From positions 182,570,614 to 182,634,613 of the forward strand of contig NC_068981.1 of the NCBI RefSeq assembly GCF_001194135.2: a stretch of DNA of 64,000 bases, written 5' to 3'. The DNA comes from Octopus bimaculoides. Taxonomy: Eukaryota. The notes under the pieces were generated by a model. It saw only the letters and a list, made by a program, of their open reading frames with translations, made no database searches and was not told where the DNA came from. The position numbers and the translations under genes were made by a program. This document shows, in pieces, positions 35,141 to 49,084 of this stretch (within the stretch, counting starts at the first letter, position 1; each line of letters begins with the position of its first letter).

Positions 35141-36968
35141 TTAATGAGTGCATAAGAAAGGTTTCAGTAGGTTAACAAAAAGGTGGTGAGCTGGTAGAAT
35201 TGCAAGTGTGGTGGGCAAAATGCTCACCGGCATTTCATCTGGCTTTATGTTCTGAGTTCAAATTACACCAAGGTCGACTGGTTGATATAATTGACTTAAC
35301 CCTCCCCTAAAATTGCTGGCTTTGTGCTAATATTTGAAACCAATATGTCAATTAGCAAAAATAAATAACTTCATGAAAAGCTTTTAAATTAAAAATTGTG
35401 CAATGAGATAACAAGTAAGGTTTTCTTTGTCCTTTTGCATCTGTATGTTGGGTAATTTTACCTTTTAGCGAGTAGAGAAGGGAAATGCCCATGAGTTTTT
35501 ATAGGGTCTCTGGGATGCATAGAAGGGAAGGGACCTGGTCTGAATACTTGTAACAGGCACCCAAAGTGTTAGATGGTGATGTTAAATCAAGTAATTACCA
35601 AGTAAATCATGGCAGGATTCAAACTTGGAACATAAAAGAACAACAAATACTTCAAGGCATCTGATCCAACATTCAGACAGTTTCACCAATTCACTGCCCC
35701 AGGTGGGTACTTTTTTTTTTTTATTAACCCCAAAAGGGATGAAAGTTAAAAATGGTCATGTGTTCAGTTCTAGAAGACAAACCTTTTACACATACCCTAA
35801 ACCTATTAGACAGAGATGAGTAAATTAACAAAGTTCAAATCCCAGTGGAACTATTTCACTTTACTCAATTCCCACACTCATTAATCTCAAGCTTTCAACA
35901 GGGATGTGTTGATTTATTCTTCATGCATGCAGTTACATAAAGACAACTTTAGTGTTGACCCAACTACATATCAATATTGTAAATCTCCTGACATGCCAAA
36001 TCTAGTTTACAACAACATCTGCCCTGAAAATCCGCTCCTAATTTGATAGGATATATACGACTTATTTAGTCGCTTTTAGCCATGATTATTTTGTTATTCT
36101 TTCATAAATAGGATACACCATATATCAATATTATAGTGTCCTTCATAAGTAGGTAGGATGTAGCTTGAGAGAAATTTGCTGCTATACCTAAGAATTTGAG
36201 CAACCATTAGGAGGCTTGTTCGTTGACTTATCTCTGTGTTATATAATAGTGTGTCTATATCAGAGAAATTCCAGATTTATGTAATTTTTAATTTGACTAT
36301 AAAAAGAGTAAGTGTGAATTTTATGTGCAAGCATAAGTGTATTTATCATTGAATTGTCATAATAGTTTCAAGTTCACTTAGAGTATTTGATACCTTCTTT
36401 GACCACCATAATTAGTTTTGGAAACTGTTTTATCAAAATAAAATAAAGACTTCAATGAAAATACCCACTTCTATCTAAAAACAAACATTCTGTATTTGAT
36501 GGCATACAAGACACACTTTTCTCAAAAAACTCACCCTGGGTCCTATATGGAAAGTTGGGCCTTATATTACATGCTTTAACCCTTTAGCATTTAAACCACC
36601 CATATCCAGCTCAAGCATTCTACCTGTTTTATGTTCCAACGGACCAGATCTTGCTTTCTACACCTATCCTGCTATGTAATTCTAAAAATAAGCAGTCACA
36701 TCAACAAAATCTTGATTAATTCAAAACAATGAGAATAAAAATAGCATTACACGAGGCAGAGTAATCTGACTGCAAAAGGGCTAATTCACTAAAAACATTT
36801 CTTCCTGAATATATGTTGCTGAAATTGAACTGTATCTAATAAATCTGTGTCTTTTATGCCATCAAATAGATTGTTGAGCATTGTGTAGTGGCTTTATATA
36901 ATGCATGTAGTGAAGTTTGAAACCATAACAACAATTAGAAAACAAAAAACTGAAGTCGTTTCTGTTTA

Positions 36969-37244
<276 letters not shown>

Positions 37245-39747
37245 CTATCGAAGTAATTTACAGTAAGAAATATAGTTTAGAAAAAACATTCAAAGGTAAT
37301 ATTCAACATTAATTTTAACCTAAAAGAAAAATTACAACGAAAAATGTAATTTAATTAAAATTCTTTTGAGTCAGTAAAAATAAATTTGTGATATGACTTT
37401 ATAAACAAACAAATATGTTGAGATAAGATTCAATTTACATTTTAAAAAAATATCCATTTTGCATAAATGGTAGTATGCTGAAATGTAAATTTGCATTCAA
37501 CTGTAAAGCAGCAATCTATACACCAAGTTAATACCTTTTATCTTTTACTTGTTTCAGTCATTAGATTACAGCCGTATTGGACCACCGCCTTGAAGAATTT
37601 TAGTTGAATGAATCGACCCCAATACTTATTCTATCAGTCACTTTTGTCAAACTGCTAAGTTATGGGAACATAAACATACCAACACTGGTTGTCAAGTGGT
37701 GGTGGTTGGGTCAAACACAGACAGACAGACAGACAGACACATGACTAGCTTCTCTCAGTTTCCAACTACCAAATCCACTCACAAGGCCTGAAGCTATCAA
37801 GTGATTATGCATATTACAAATAGAGATGCAGTAGATATTTTTAAATATCTTAGCCTTTCACTTCATTTTAATAGAGTTTGAAAGAGAGACTCAATTTAAT
37901 TCTAAAAAACACAAAATTCTGAAGTTAGTACCTAAGTGAGAACAATATTCTAAATCCTAGTATTATAATTTAATACACCTTTACAATCCACTGCAAATGA
38001 CTTTAAAAGCATCCCAAAATGTTGTATGTAAACAATCAAGTACTCACTGCCATTACATAAGGACTATAACATCTTAAAGAGAAGCAGAATAATGTATATA
38101 TCAGGCAGTTATTGCTACAGCACTATTTAACCAATAGGCTCTTTGGACTTTCTCCAAAGAAGCCAGTACAACTTCATATACAAATGTTTTTAAGGAGACA
38201 TTTTCCATTTAAATTTATCCATTCTGGATGTTTTAAGAAATGCTTTACATCTGTATTATTAATTATAGTAAGAAAAATGCATACTTAAAACTGTATGTAA
38301 ATATTTGAGTTAATAGACGTTAAGGGAGGCAACTGCACAGATCTGACTAGATACTAACTTCTAGAAATGCAAATTCAGTCATATTTGATGAAACCTGTAC
38401 ATTATAAAATGCATACACATGTTACAAGATCAAGCAAAATAATGTAATGTTCAATTTCCATTAAGCCATTATTACATGAAGGCAAAATAGATGAGTGAAT
38501 ATCTAAAGCAGAGGGCAACCAGCTCAAGGGGTCACAGGTTCATATTGCTACAGTAATTTCATTATGTTAGTTAAGTATAAATCAAAAATGGAAATTGTAG
38601 TCGTGGCCGATGCCAGTGCCACCTGACTGACATTCATGCTGGTGGTACGTAATAAGCACCAGTCAAGCATGGGTTGATGCCAGTGCTGCCTGACTGGCTC
38701 CCCGTGCTGGTGGATCGTAAAAAGCACTATCGGAATGTGGTTGATGTTAGACCCACCCCTGTGCCGGCAGCACGTAACAAGTACCCACTACACTCTCAGA
38801 GTGGTTATGAAAGGCATCCAGCTGTAGAAACCTTGTCAGATCAGATTCGAGCCTGGCACAGCCTCCTGGCTTGCCAGTGCCAAGTTAAACCATCCAACCC
38901 ATGCCAGCATGGAAAACGGACGTTAAACAACAGTGGTGGCAGCAACGACGATAGCGGAAATGTATCAGATCTGGGAACTTTGCTTGAAATAAATATACCT
39001 ACAATACAGAAATAAATAAATCTGCTTAATGCAATAAATTGGAGCCAAGCACTGGACTTATGAACTTTTGTGAGTCCTTTAGACACAGCTGCATATTCAT
39101 CGTCATCATTTAACATCCCCAATTTCCATGCTGGCATGGATTGGATGGCTTGACAGGAGCCGGAAAGGCCAGGAGCCACACCAGGTTCCATAGTGTGTTT
39201 TGGCTTGATTCCTACAGCTGGATGTCCTTCCTAATGCCAACCTCTTTACAGAATGTACTGGGTGCATTTTATGTGATAACAGCACCAGTGCCCTTCATGG
39301 GCAAGCATTACCAAGGTGGTTTTAGAAATTAGAAAAATCACATCAAGTCATACATGATAAAGTTGTTAAGAGTTCTGCATTATCATCTGAAGAGAGGGCA
39401 TATGCTATGACAAAATTGGCACTGAGCTGTGTCAATCTTTAAAACATGCTTTGCTCTCGGTGACTCAGTTCACTGAGCTGCAAATAGACACCATAGAACG
39501 TACAACTCACAGTGAAAAGTAGACGTACTGCAAAATTGAAAAGCTTGTGATGCTACATTCAATCCCTCCACCAAAGCTGTATAGAAAACCTCAAGTTGCG
39601 ACCCCTCAAGCTGGCTTAACATATTTGGACAAAACTTTCCATGGGTCTTGCTAATCAATCAATCAACCAACAAATCAATTACTCAAATAGTAATGAAAAA
39701 ACACTAACAGATTAAAAAAAAAAATACAGCAGATCTTGTCTACCAAC

Positions 39748-39973
39748 CTGAGTCATCATAATGTATCACATGGTTAGGATGATAATGGTGATTGTAGTTG
39801 TTATGGAATTCATGTGGAGTTAGAGTGTTTTCCAAACAAGGATCTTTCGCAAGTCGATTCTGACTGTTGGCACACGTGTTGCAGCTATTGTTGTTGCTAT
39901 TACTGTGCTGAGTCCAGTTTAGAGAAAATTTTAGTGTAGGACATTTGCTGAATACTTCAAATGGGCCAATAGC
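39748..39973 (-). CDS. SUZ12: SUZ12 coding exon
   Basis: tttccAG|GCT..TCAG|GTtggt; encodes AIGPFEVFSKCPTLKFSLNW (cf. [20 protein letters not shown]) followed by an Asn/His-rich linker; phases 0/1. Confidence 0.88.
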
Positions 39974-41105
39974 CTGGAAAATAACAGAAACATACATATA
40001 GAAATACATAACAATAATGTGAAAGGAATTTACTGTTGATAATACAAATCCTTATATCATTGATCTCATATAAGGAAGAGATCTGAAGAATAAGTAGACC
40101 GAATACATTAGTAAGAGAAAATGTTGGGACAACTAATCCTAATCTTAATTACTATTATCTTTTACTTGTTTCAGTCATTAGCTTGGCCATGCTGGGGCAC
40201 CTACCTTGAAGAATTTTAATCTAAAGCCTGGTACTGAAATGCTAAGTTATGAGGATGTAAACACACCAGCACCAGTTGTCAAGTAGTGGTGGGGTGGGGG
40301 ACAAACACACACACCATCATCATCGTCCGTTTTCCATGCTGGCATGGGTTGGACAGTTTGACTGAGGTCTGGAAAGGCAGCGGCTGCACCAGGTTCCAAT
40401 CTCATCTGGCAGTTTCTACAGTTGGATGCCCTTCCTAATGCCAACTGCTCCGAGAGTGTAGTGGGTGCTTTTTACATGCTACTAGCATGGGAGCCAGTCA
40501 TGGGGTACTGGCATTGACCACGTTCAGACATATATACACATATATATATATATATATATATATATCATCATCATCATCATCGTTTAACGTCCGCTTTCCA
40601 TGCTNNNNNNNNNNNNNNNNNNNNNNNNNNNNNNNNNNNNNNNNNNNNNNNNNNNNNNNNNNNNNNNNNNNNNNNNNNNNNNNNNNNNNNNNNNNNNNNN
40701 NNNNNNNNNNNNNNNNNNNNNNNNNNNNNNNNNNNNNNNNNNNNNNNNNNNNNNNNNNNNNNNNNNNNNNNNNNNNNNNNNNNNNNNNNNNNNNNNNNNN
40801 NNNNNNNNNNNNNNNNNNNNNNNNNNNNNNNNNNNNNNNNNNNNNNNNNNNNNNNNNNNNNNNNNNNNNNNNNNNNNNNNNNNNNNNNNNNNNNNNNNNN
40901 NNNNNNNNNAGAAATAGCAGTCTGAATTCTCAGTATGTTGGAGAAGCAGGTTACTGTCAATCCCTATATATTTATGATTATAAATTATTTACCGAAGAAG
41001 GTTTTTTTCATACTGAGCTACCCGGCAGAATTGTTAATTATTAATTTTATTACTAATTGATGATTCCCTGCCCTGCATATCTATATATATATATATATAT
41101 ATATA

Positions 41106-41242
41106 TTAAAGCTGCAACATTTTCACAAAACAAGTTTCATGTTCCTGTTTGTTGGACAGTTGTGATAAACACAGTATTCATCGCAACTGTCTGATGAATG
41201 GAAACATGAAACTACAGTTTTGTGAAAATTTTGCAGTTTTAA
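41106..41242. repeat. Foldback hairpin (about 62-bp arms, 13-nt loop)
   Basis: ttaaagctgcaacattttcacaaaac..ggacagttgtgat pairs with atcgcaactgtctgatgaat..gttttgtgaaaattttgcagttttaa. Confidence 0.85.
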
Positions 41243-42083
41243 CTAACCATATCAGGCACAAATATTGTGTTTTATGTTCAAAGTGCAGGGCTACCTTCAT
41301 ATTAGGAGACAAAGGATTAAAAAATGAGAGAAGTGGGTGGTAAGAGTAGGTTCTTGTAGAGGATCTGCGCAATAAGAGCCACAAACAGTAAGAAAAAAAG
41401 AAGAGGATATTTTGTTTACATATATCTATTCCCCGTATAGATGCCAAGTAAAAAGCACCCAGTTAGTGTTAGGAAGGACATCCAGCCATAGAAACCATGC
41501 CAAAACAGATGACTGGAGCTTAGTGCGGCTCTCCGGTTTGCCAGCTCCTGTCAAACCATGGAAAGCGGATGTTAGATGATGATTCCTACATTTGTTTAAA
41601 ACAGAAAATAATTCTGCCATGAAGTAAGAAGACCTGACATTTACATAACAGTTGGATGGTGAAGTGAGTAAAGTACTTTACCTAAGAATGAAAATGCTGG
41701 CTGAACATCATCCTTGACATTTTAGTACACACAGCCTAATTTATCACACATTTATTCACCATTGATCTGAGATAACATGGTGTGCTCAACTGTGCACCAT
41801 GTTATGCTTATCATGGATTGATCTGTGATAAAACGGATTGGCAATCAGTTGAAGATGCAGCTTGTACAGCAAAACGTGCCATAGTGATCACCACCAATAC
41901 TCAACTACACACAACGTATTGACTATCGCATACGTTTACATGACTGTGTTGTGAGGCTGCGTATTTTTTATACAAATTTACATACTCGTACCCATCATCA
42001 TGGAATCAGTGAAAAAAAAATAGTAAGGCATTTCATCATCACCATCATTTAGCATCTGTTTTCCATGCTGGTAAGGGTTAGAC

Positions 42084-42582
42084 CAGGGGTGGGGAAACCC
42101 CCACCTGCGGGTGCAATTGCAGGGTGGCATACTCATATGTACAAAATGTAGTTAATTTTTCAATTAAAGAATTTATACAGTACTCATATGCCTCTTTACG
42201 ACATAGGTCGCGTTTCCACTACGACTTAAAACGGTTCGACTCGAACAGAAAATCATCCAGCAATTGACATTTCAATGGAGATCTTGTTTTCACTATAAAA
42301 CACATATTGCTAAGTTTGTACCACCCCCTTGAGACCCAACTACACTCTAGCTGAAAAATATAGAATACTTCATAAGTAATATAAACGTCCTAAATTCAGC
42401 GGCGGAGTTAATGAAGATGTTACGTGTTAATATAAGGTGTTAAACTTATCTTTATTAATGTATATCAAATTATACATACATATATACAATATTTACACAG
42501 ATATAAGAGAACTCGTGATCCGCCTTTAGACCTATTTTTGGGAAATTTTTGTCCGCTGCACTAAAAAGTTTCCCTACCCCTG
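42084..42582. mobile_element. Non-autonomous hAT element inserted in a family-E copy
   Basis: TIR caggggtggggaaac / gtttccctacccctg; perfect 8-bp TSD ggttagac at 42076-42083 and 42583-42590. Confidence 0.92.
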
Positions 42583-43095
42583 GGTTAGACAGTTTGACTG
42601 GAAGTGGTAAGCCAAAGAGCTGCATCAGGCTCTAGTCTTGTTTGGCTTGATTTCTATGACTGGATGCCCTTCCTAATGTCAATCACTCCAAGAGTGTAGT
42701 GGATACCTTTTATGGCCATGTCTATGATTTCATTTGGTTTAACCTGTCTTCTCAAGCACTGCAAATTGCCCAAGCACTTGTCATCTCTATGAGATGATTC
42801 TAACAAATGACACAGGTGAGTATATTCTCTACAACAAAAGGAAGAGATGATCAAGAAAATATGTGATGATGGAGGATTTACTGCAGAGCGCCACAAGTTT
42901 GGTGTCAATGAATCGACCATTTGTTTTATTTATACAGTGCATGGAGATGATTGGTTTATCACCGTGTTCTTCCTTTCTCTAACCAAAACCCCATGATAAA
43001 TGTTTTGTTTTTTTTTCTCTTTCTTAGTTAACTTTACACATCCGACTGAATATATAATCAGAATAGAAAGTACTGTTAGCCATCAATTCACTTAC

Positions 43096-43304
43096 CTTAC
43101 CATCCACTATTGTCTCCCAGTTGGCTGCATTTTTCTTTGGAGAGATTTTTGAACCAAGATCCTGTAGAGAGAGTTCATAATCACCGTCAGTCATCTGACA
43201 CCGTTTGTGTTTGTCATAGATGGCCAGCTCAGAACCATACAAAACTACATCTTCTTCAAATGGAGACATCTTTCCGTTTTTTCTCCTTTTGTGTGGAGGC
43301 TCAT
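43096..43304 (-). CDS. SUZ12: SUZ12 coding exon
   Basis: atttcAG|AT..GGTAAG|GTaagt; encodes (D)EPPHKRRKNGKMSPFEEDVVLYGSELAIYDKHKRCQMTDGDYELSLQDLGSKISPKKNAANWETIVDGK (cf. DGEYEVAMQE..ATWETILDGK). Confidence 0.94.
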
Positions 43305-44891
43305 CTGAAATGATTTCAAATCAAAGTTGACGTAAAATTTCCATTTAATACAAAAACATACAGCACTTAGCAGAATTCACATAGCTTCTTTCCCAGACAA
43401 GTTTTGTTTAATAACTTAACACACTATACAAAATATGAACAGATAATTTTATTCACATATTCTTAGATGCCATGTTGCTAAATGAATAAAGTGTTAAACC
43501 CTAAGCTTATATCTGCTGCAGGAATTTTGTGGTACCTGTATGCAAGATGCTTAGTTCTAAATGACATGCAAATTATACCAACTGAAAATGTAACCTATAA
43601 TAAATTGGTTTTTATCCAGTAGCAGATTCGGCTATATTGATACTTCATCATTACAGAATCCAAAGCTACACTCAACTTTTAAAGGGTCTCTCTGAACAGA
43701 TGATTTGATATAACAGGTTGATTCAGCACCACATTACTCAAAGTGTTATGAGCAGAGATCATAACCACATCATAAAAATTTTAGGTCAGGGACAAGTCAC
43801 CCTGTTATTAAATACACACCACTCCAACTAATTATGTTGAGCACTACTTTCTTCTGTTTGTCCACTCACTTGTATATGTGCATGCATGTGTGCATACATG
43901 TCCAATCAAGATAAAAATTGGAGTTGGTGATTTTACAGACACTCTTCATTATAACACCAGCACTCAGTTGGTTATGGCGATGAGAGTTCCAGTTGAAACA
44001 ATCAACAGTACAGCCTGCTCAAGAAATTAATGTGCAAATGGCTGAGCACTCTGCAGGCACACATACCTTTAACATAGTTCTCAGGGAGATTCAGCAGAAC
44101 ACAATGTGACAAGGCTGGCCCTTTGAATTACAGGAACAACTCATTTTTGCCAGCTGAGTGGACTGGAGCAACGTGAAATAAAGTGTCTTGCTCAAAGAAA
44201 GAACACACCACCAGGAATCGAACTCATGACCTAACAAGCCAAATACGCTAATCATGAAGCCACAAGTCGTCACAACATAACACTAACTATTTAACACACA
44301 AAACATGACAGTCCACAATCGTGGCTATCAGGCACAGGTCGCCAGACCACTAACGTGGCCCAGAAAGATGCATTTAATTTATGGCCATTTGTTGAGGTCT
44401 AATGTCACTCAAACGCTCCGATACCCCCCAGAATGCAAGAGGACTAATAGTTCAACTAATGACATTTCAGATGATGTAAAACTTGCCACCATTATATACT
44501 AAGAAGATATTTTAACTATTTTTTATTTGTTATGTGTGCATGGTAGTCTCCTTTTCATAAAATGTGCTCAGCAGTCCATGCTATGTAAGTGCAAATCCCA
44601 GTGCTTTATGAATTAACTGACAGGAATTTATTTTAAATCTAGACAGAAGTAAGTCAAAACTAGTAGGTTACCTAAGATCATCTTGTAAAATTTTTGCATC
44701 CAAGTTGAGTGTTTATCGTACATATAAAGAAATGATTATTACCCCAGTCATTGTTACACTACATACAATCATAACTCAGACCTTAAAATAATTATATCAC
44801 AATAGTTCACATGACTGTGTAGCTAACCACATGTCCCTCACAACATGCTGCAACAGAATATAATGACTGAAGAGATGTGTTCAACACTCAC

Positions 44892-45138
44892 CTGGTCCAT
44901 CTAAAATGTCTCCATTACACAATCCATTAGAGAGATATCTCTTTACTGGACACCGGACCCGCAACACCAGAACATAAGACTTGACGGCATGTCCGTTGTT
45001 ATGGTGGAATTGTTCATGAGAAATGGATATGGGTTCTGAATTGTTGGCAGCAGGTTGTATAGATGAGTCCAAATTGTGTGGATTCAGAGGCACTTCAACT
45101 TTGCCAAGCTTAGTTTGTTTTACAGGAGAGGTCACATC
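44892..45138 (-). CDS. SUZ12: SUZ12 coding exon
   Basis: ttctgtAG|GAT..CCAG|GTgagt; encodes DVTSPVKQTKLGKVEVPLNPHNLDSSIQPAANNSEPISISHEQFHHNNGHAVKSYVLVLRVRCPVKRYLSNGLCNGDILDGP; VPLNP and VKSY motifs. Confidence 0.93.
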
Positions 45139-46663
45139 CTACAGAAATAAAACCAAATAAAATATAAAAAGTGTTTCAATCACATAAACGCTTGAATTAT
45201 CAGGTGTACTATAAAGTGTACAGGGAAAAATATAAGAATTCAAGTTACTCGTAATAGTATACTTTACAGATGAGATATCTTCTCTCTTTAACAATGCTTC
45301 ATTGAAAACATACTTCACATTTTGTACAACTTTTCTCTCAGATTATAGAATAATTAACCCATTTTAACCCAGTCAAAATTTTGAAGATAGTTATATAAAT
45401 AGGGATAACAAATATACAGAAGTGTCCAGTTCAGTTTTATTGCAGTAAATAAACCAAATACAATGGTTAAATAAATACAAGCACTATTTTGCGTCCAGAT
45501 AACCTTTATTAGTATGGGTTAAATCCAATATTTCCAATTATGACTTTTATCTGCTATATATTTTACCTTTTACTCGTTTCAGTGTTTAGACTGCCACCAT
45601 GCTAGGGTACCACCTTCTTGAAGCATTTTTAGTTGAATGAATTAACACCCACTACTTTATTCTATTGGTCTTTTTTTGCCAAACTGCTAAGTTACAGGGA
45701 CACCAAGACTTGTTGTCAAGTGGTGGTGGGAGACAGACTATAGTAGATGACACTTGCCCAAGTGCCACCTTGTGGTGGAGAAACAAACTTCTTACAACAA
45801 AGCCACAGCTGCACCTGTATAATATTAGATATTTTCAAATAAGATTTTTTTTACTGCTTTTGAGCTTCACCTAATCACCCCAACCTTCTCTTCTAAAATG
45901 TTGCTCACTATAGTAAGAAACCTGCCCTGCTCTGGCCCTTCTTTCTCTCATACTTTACGCCTCTCTACTCTTCATTCTTCTAGTTTAAAGTTGCTCCCCA
46001 AACGCCTTGGGGGTTTGTTGTCTTGCAAGCTGCATGGTGGCCTCACCAGTGCTCGTGGCATGAAAAAAAGCACCCACTACAAACTGTAAAGTGGTTGGTG
46101 TTAGAAAGGGCATCCATTGGATCTTGTTGAACCATCCAACTCGTGTTAGCATGGAATATGAACATTAAATGCTGATGAAATTAAGATTGCAATTAAAATT
46201 ACTCTACTTATTTACATCTTCTGTCATACAATTTGTGAACAATGGTGTCCTTGACAATAAGTTTCCAATGATACAGTGACAGATTATCTACATTAATAAT
46301 GGTTTTGGAATGCTTTCTGTTTGCCAATTTTCCCTTTTTGCTCAAGATTAAACCTAGTACCATAGAGTTACAAAGCAAACTTCTTACCACAACCATGCCT
46401 AACAATAATCCTATCCCAAGTTGATCAAACAGGATTATTTTTCTAAGATTATTCCCCCCAACTTTTGAGATATTCAGTTAAGTTCAATTCTAATATGACT
46501 CACGGGATGATTAGCATGAGTTTCATAAAAAATAAATTGCAATTAACACCTAGCCTGAAAAGCAAAAATGGAAATATATTTACAGAAGATGATGATGATG
46601 ATGATGATTAACAACAACAATAACACAACTCAACAAATATAATCTTAAAAATATAAATAATAC

Positions 46664-46731
46664 CTTTCGTTTTTTATGACAAATTTTTAGCAACAAAACT
46701 TCTACTTCAACAGTTTCAACATCTGAAGAAG
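46664..46731 (-). CDS. SUZ12: SUZ12 coding exon
   Basis: aatttcAG|CT..AAAG|GTatta; encodes ASSDVETVEVEVLLLKICHKKRK (cf. VTLEVLLVKVCHKKRK). An alternative in-frame acceptor at 46722 is possible. Confidence 0.9.
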
Positions 46732-48208
46732 CTGAAATTAAGATCAGTGATAAAATATTAATGGATCTCTTATAAAGACATCTCATACATGAAAATTAAG
46801 CTCTTGGCAGGAAATTTCCAATTTTATAGAATAATTTAGAGACAAACAATTACTTCAAGCTAAATAGTCCCATTTATACATATACATACATATATAATTC
46901 TTAAACAAGACTGTTACTGACTTCCAGCCAGCTAAACCATCGTTGAACTGCTTATGAAATTCTACAGATATGAACAAATTCTAAACAATAACAATTTAAT
47001 CAATAAAAATTTCTCCAAAACATTTCTCTATCACAACCCATCCTACAACCTAATGACTACTCTACTAAAACCCAGACACCCAAAGAAGATTTTAACCCTA
47101 CAAAATTAAATTCAATGCATCGCAGTCTGAAGATGGCTTAGCTGGCCAAAATTTCAAATTTACTGTCAATAATATTCTTGTTTAAGAATAATAAATTTGT
47201 AACTCTACAAAAGTATAGAGTAGCCCATCATTGATATAAAATTGTTTTTATTCTAACTGAATATAAGAACAAACATTAATACACCGCCCCCCCCCCCCCC
47301 NNNNNNNNNNACCCAAGTGATCCATTCAACCAACAACTATTCTGCCACAGGTCTGTTTTATCAAAAGCCAATCATGGTTCTCTCTTCAACAAAAATCTAT
47401 GGATCCCCTATAGTTACTCAATGTTTAAAAAAATTCTGTTATATTTTCAGACTTAAATATTATTAGGAATTGTATAAAAAGTTGTTAAAATATTTTGTGT
47501 TGTAGAAATATAACTAATTTAATGGACATCAAAGGGTTAGACTTTTGTCAAGAATGACCATGCGAGCCCTCATCAAAAGAGATACTTTATAAGAACTGAA
47601 AAATAATATACAATCTCTCTTTTATAAGGAAAAAGGAAAAGCGGTGAAAAGACGCACCTGAAATTTAAGCATAGAAAGTACAAAATCTCTGGAGTTACTT
47701 TTACAATAAAACTACTATATTTCTGAGAACAGAAAAATAGACCCAATGTTTTTAACATATGATTATACAAATTGATTTTTAAAGAGATAAATAAATAGAA
47801 GCATTTTACTGCAACAGTAAACTACATCCAAAAGAAAAGAAAAGAAAAAGAAACTCCAGTTAACTATTATGGCAGCTGACAATGTCAATAGGATACACAC
47901 CTGCTGACCTACAGATAATTTCTAACTGGCCATCAGTGGAGTAATGAAGACTTATCTCTGACTGGCTTACTTTAACAATAATCAGCATAGCCATAGTATG
48001 ATTGAGTATTTTGTTATCTCGTCTAGCTAAGATGAAATCCTTTCACAAAACCCAGAGACAGCAGCAACAAACTACTCAAAAAAAAAACCTCTCTCTTTTG
48101 AGCCATTAAGAAAAAGTCATCAATTGTGACTCGACTGCATAATCAACTACAAGAAAATATATGATCATTATTTATAAGAGACATATAATAAATCACATCA
48201 AAGCTTAC

Positions 48209-48261
48209 CTTGTTTATCAAAAAAGCCTGAGAACTCAATATTCATAAATTCTGATTTGTAC
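48209..48261 (-). CDS. SUZ12: SUZ12 coding exon
   Basis: ctttcAG|G..CAAG|GTaagc; encodes YKSEFMNIEFSGFFDKQ (cf. vertebrate LQLTFTGFFHK). Confidence 0.82.
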
Positions 48262-49084
48262 CTGAAAGTTTAACAAGACATGGCATTACTCACAAGGCTA
48301 TTTCAACAAGCTACACAAAACAAAATTAGTCCCCCACCTCATAACAATGAAGGTAAAAATATAGTATAATCTAAATAGCATGTTATGTTAAAGAAAATCT
48401 ATACAATCTGCATGTGCATATGCAAAGAAAGAAATAATAAGGAGATGAATATTTATAAGCATAATCCAAATGCAAGATTGCCGATATCTCCATAGTACAA
48501 TGGTTGGTCAACAAATTTATTTCTAGTAAGGAAGTTTTATTCTTTTTTCTTTGAATGTATTACATATAAATCTATAATAATAGTTAAATAAATCAATCTG
48601 TCTGTCATCTTATTCCTTGTTTATGTTATTCTCTCACAGGTTTCAATCATTGGATGGTGCCCTTGATAGGGGCATCACCTTCAAAGGTTTACTGGAACAT
48701 ATCACTACTAGAACTTGGCTTTTAAATCTGGTACTTACTTCACTTAACTCCATTTGCTGAACTGCTATGTCACAGGACATAAATATAGACATTCACTCAC
48801 ACACATGCACAAAAGGCTTCTGTACTATTTCCATCTACCAAATTTCACTTGTACTATAGAATCTAGTTGGCCAATTCTTTTGAAGGTGCCATGGAATGGG
48901 ATTGAACCTAAAACCACAGGGCTGCAAAGCAAACTTCTTAATCAAAGCCATGCTTATAGTTCTAAAATTTATGAACAAATATTTTTACATTATGTTGGGT
49001 TTCTTAATCTTCTACTAATGGGGTGTATATAAGACAGTTTTGTTGTCAACTAAAGTCTCTACCAAATTACATGACACTTTAATG

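Noticed and set aside
39470-39658. Minus-strand ORF just downstream of a SUZ12 exon
   Set aside because: The flanking exons (ending 39748 and starting 37207) already join in phase and give a continuous SUZ12 alignment.
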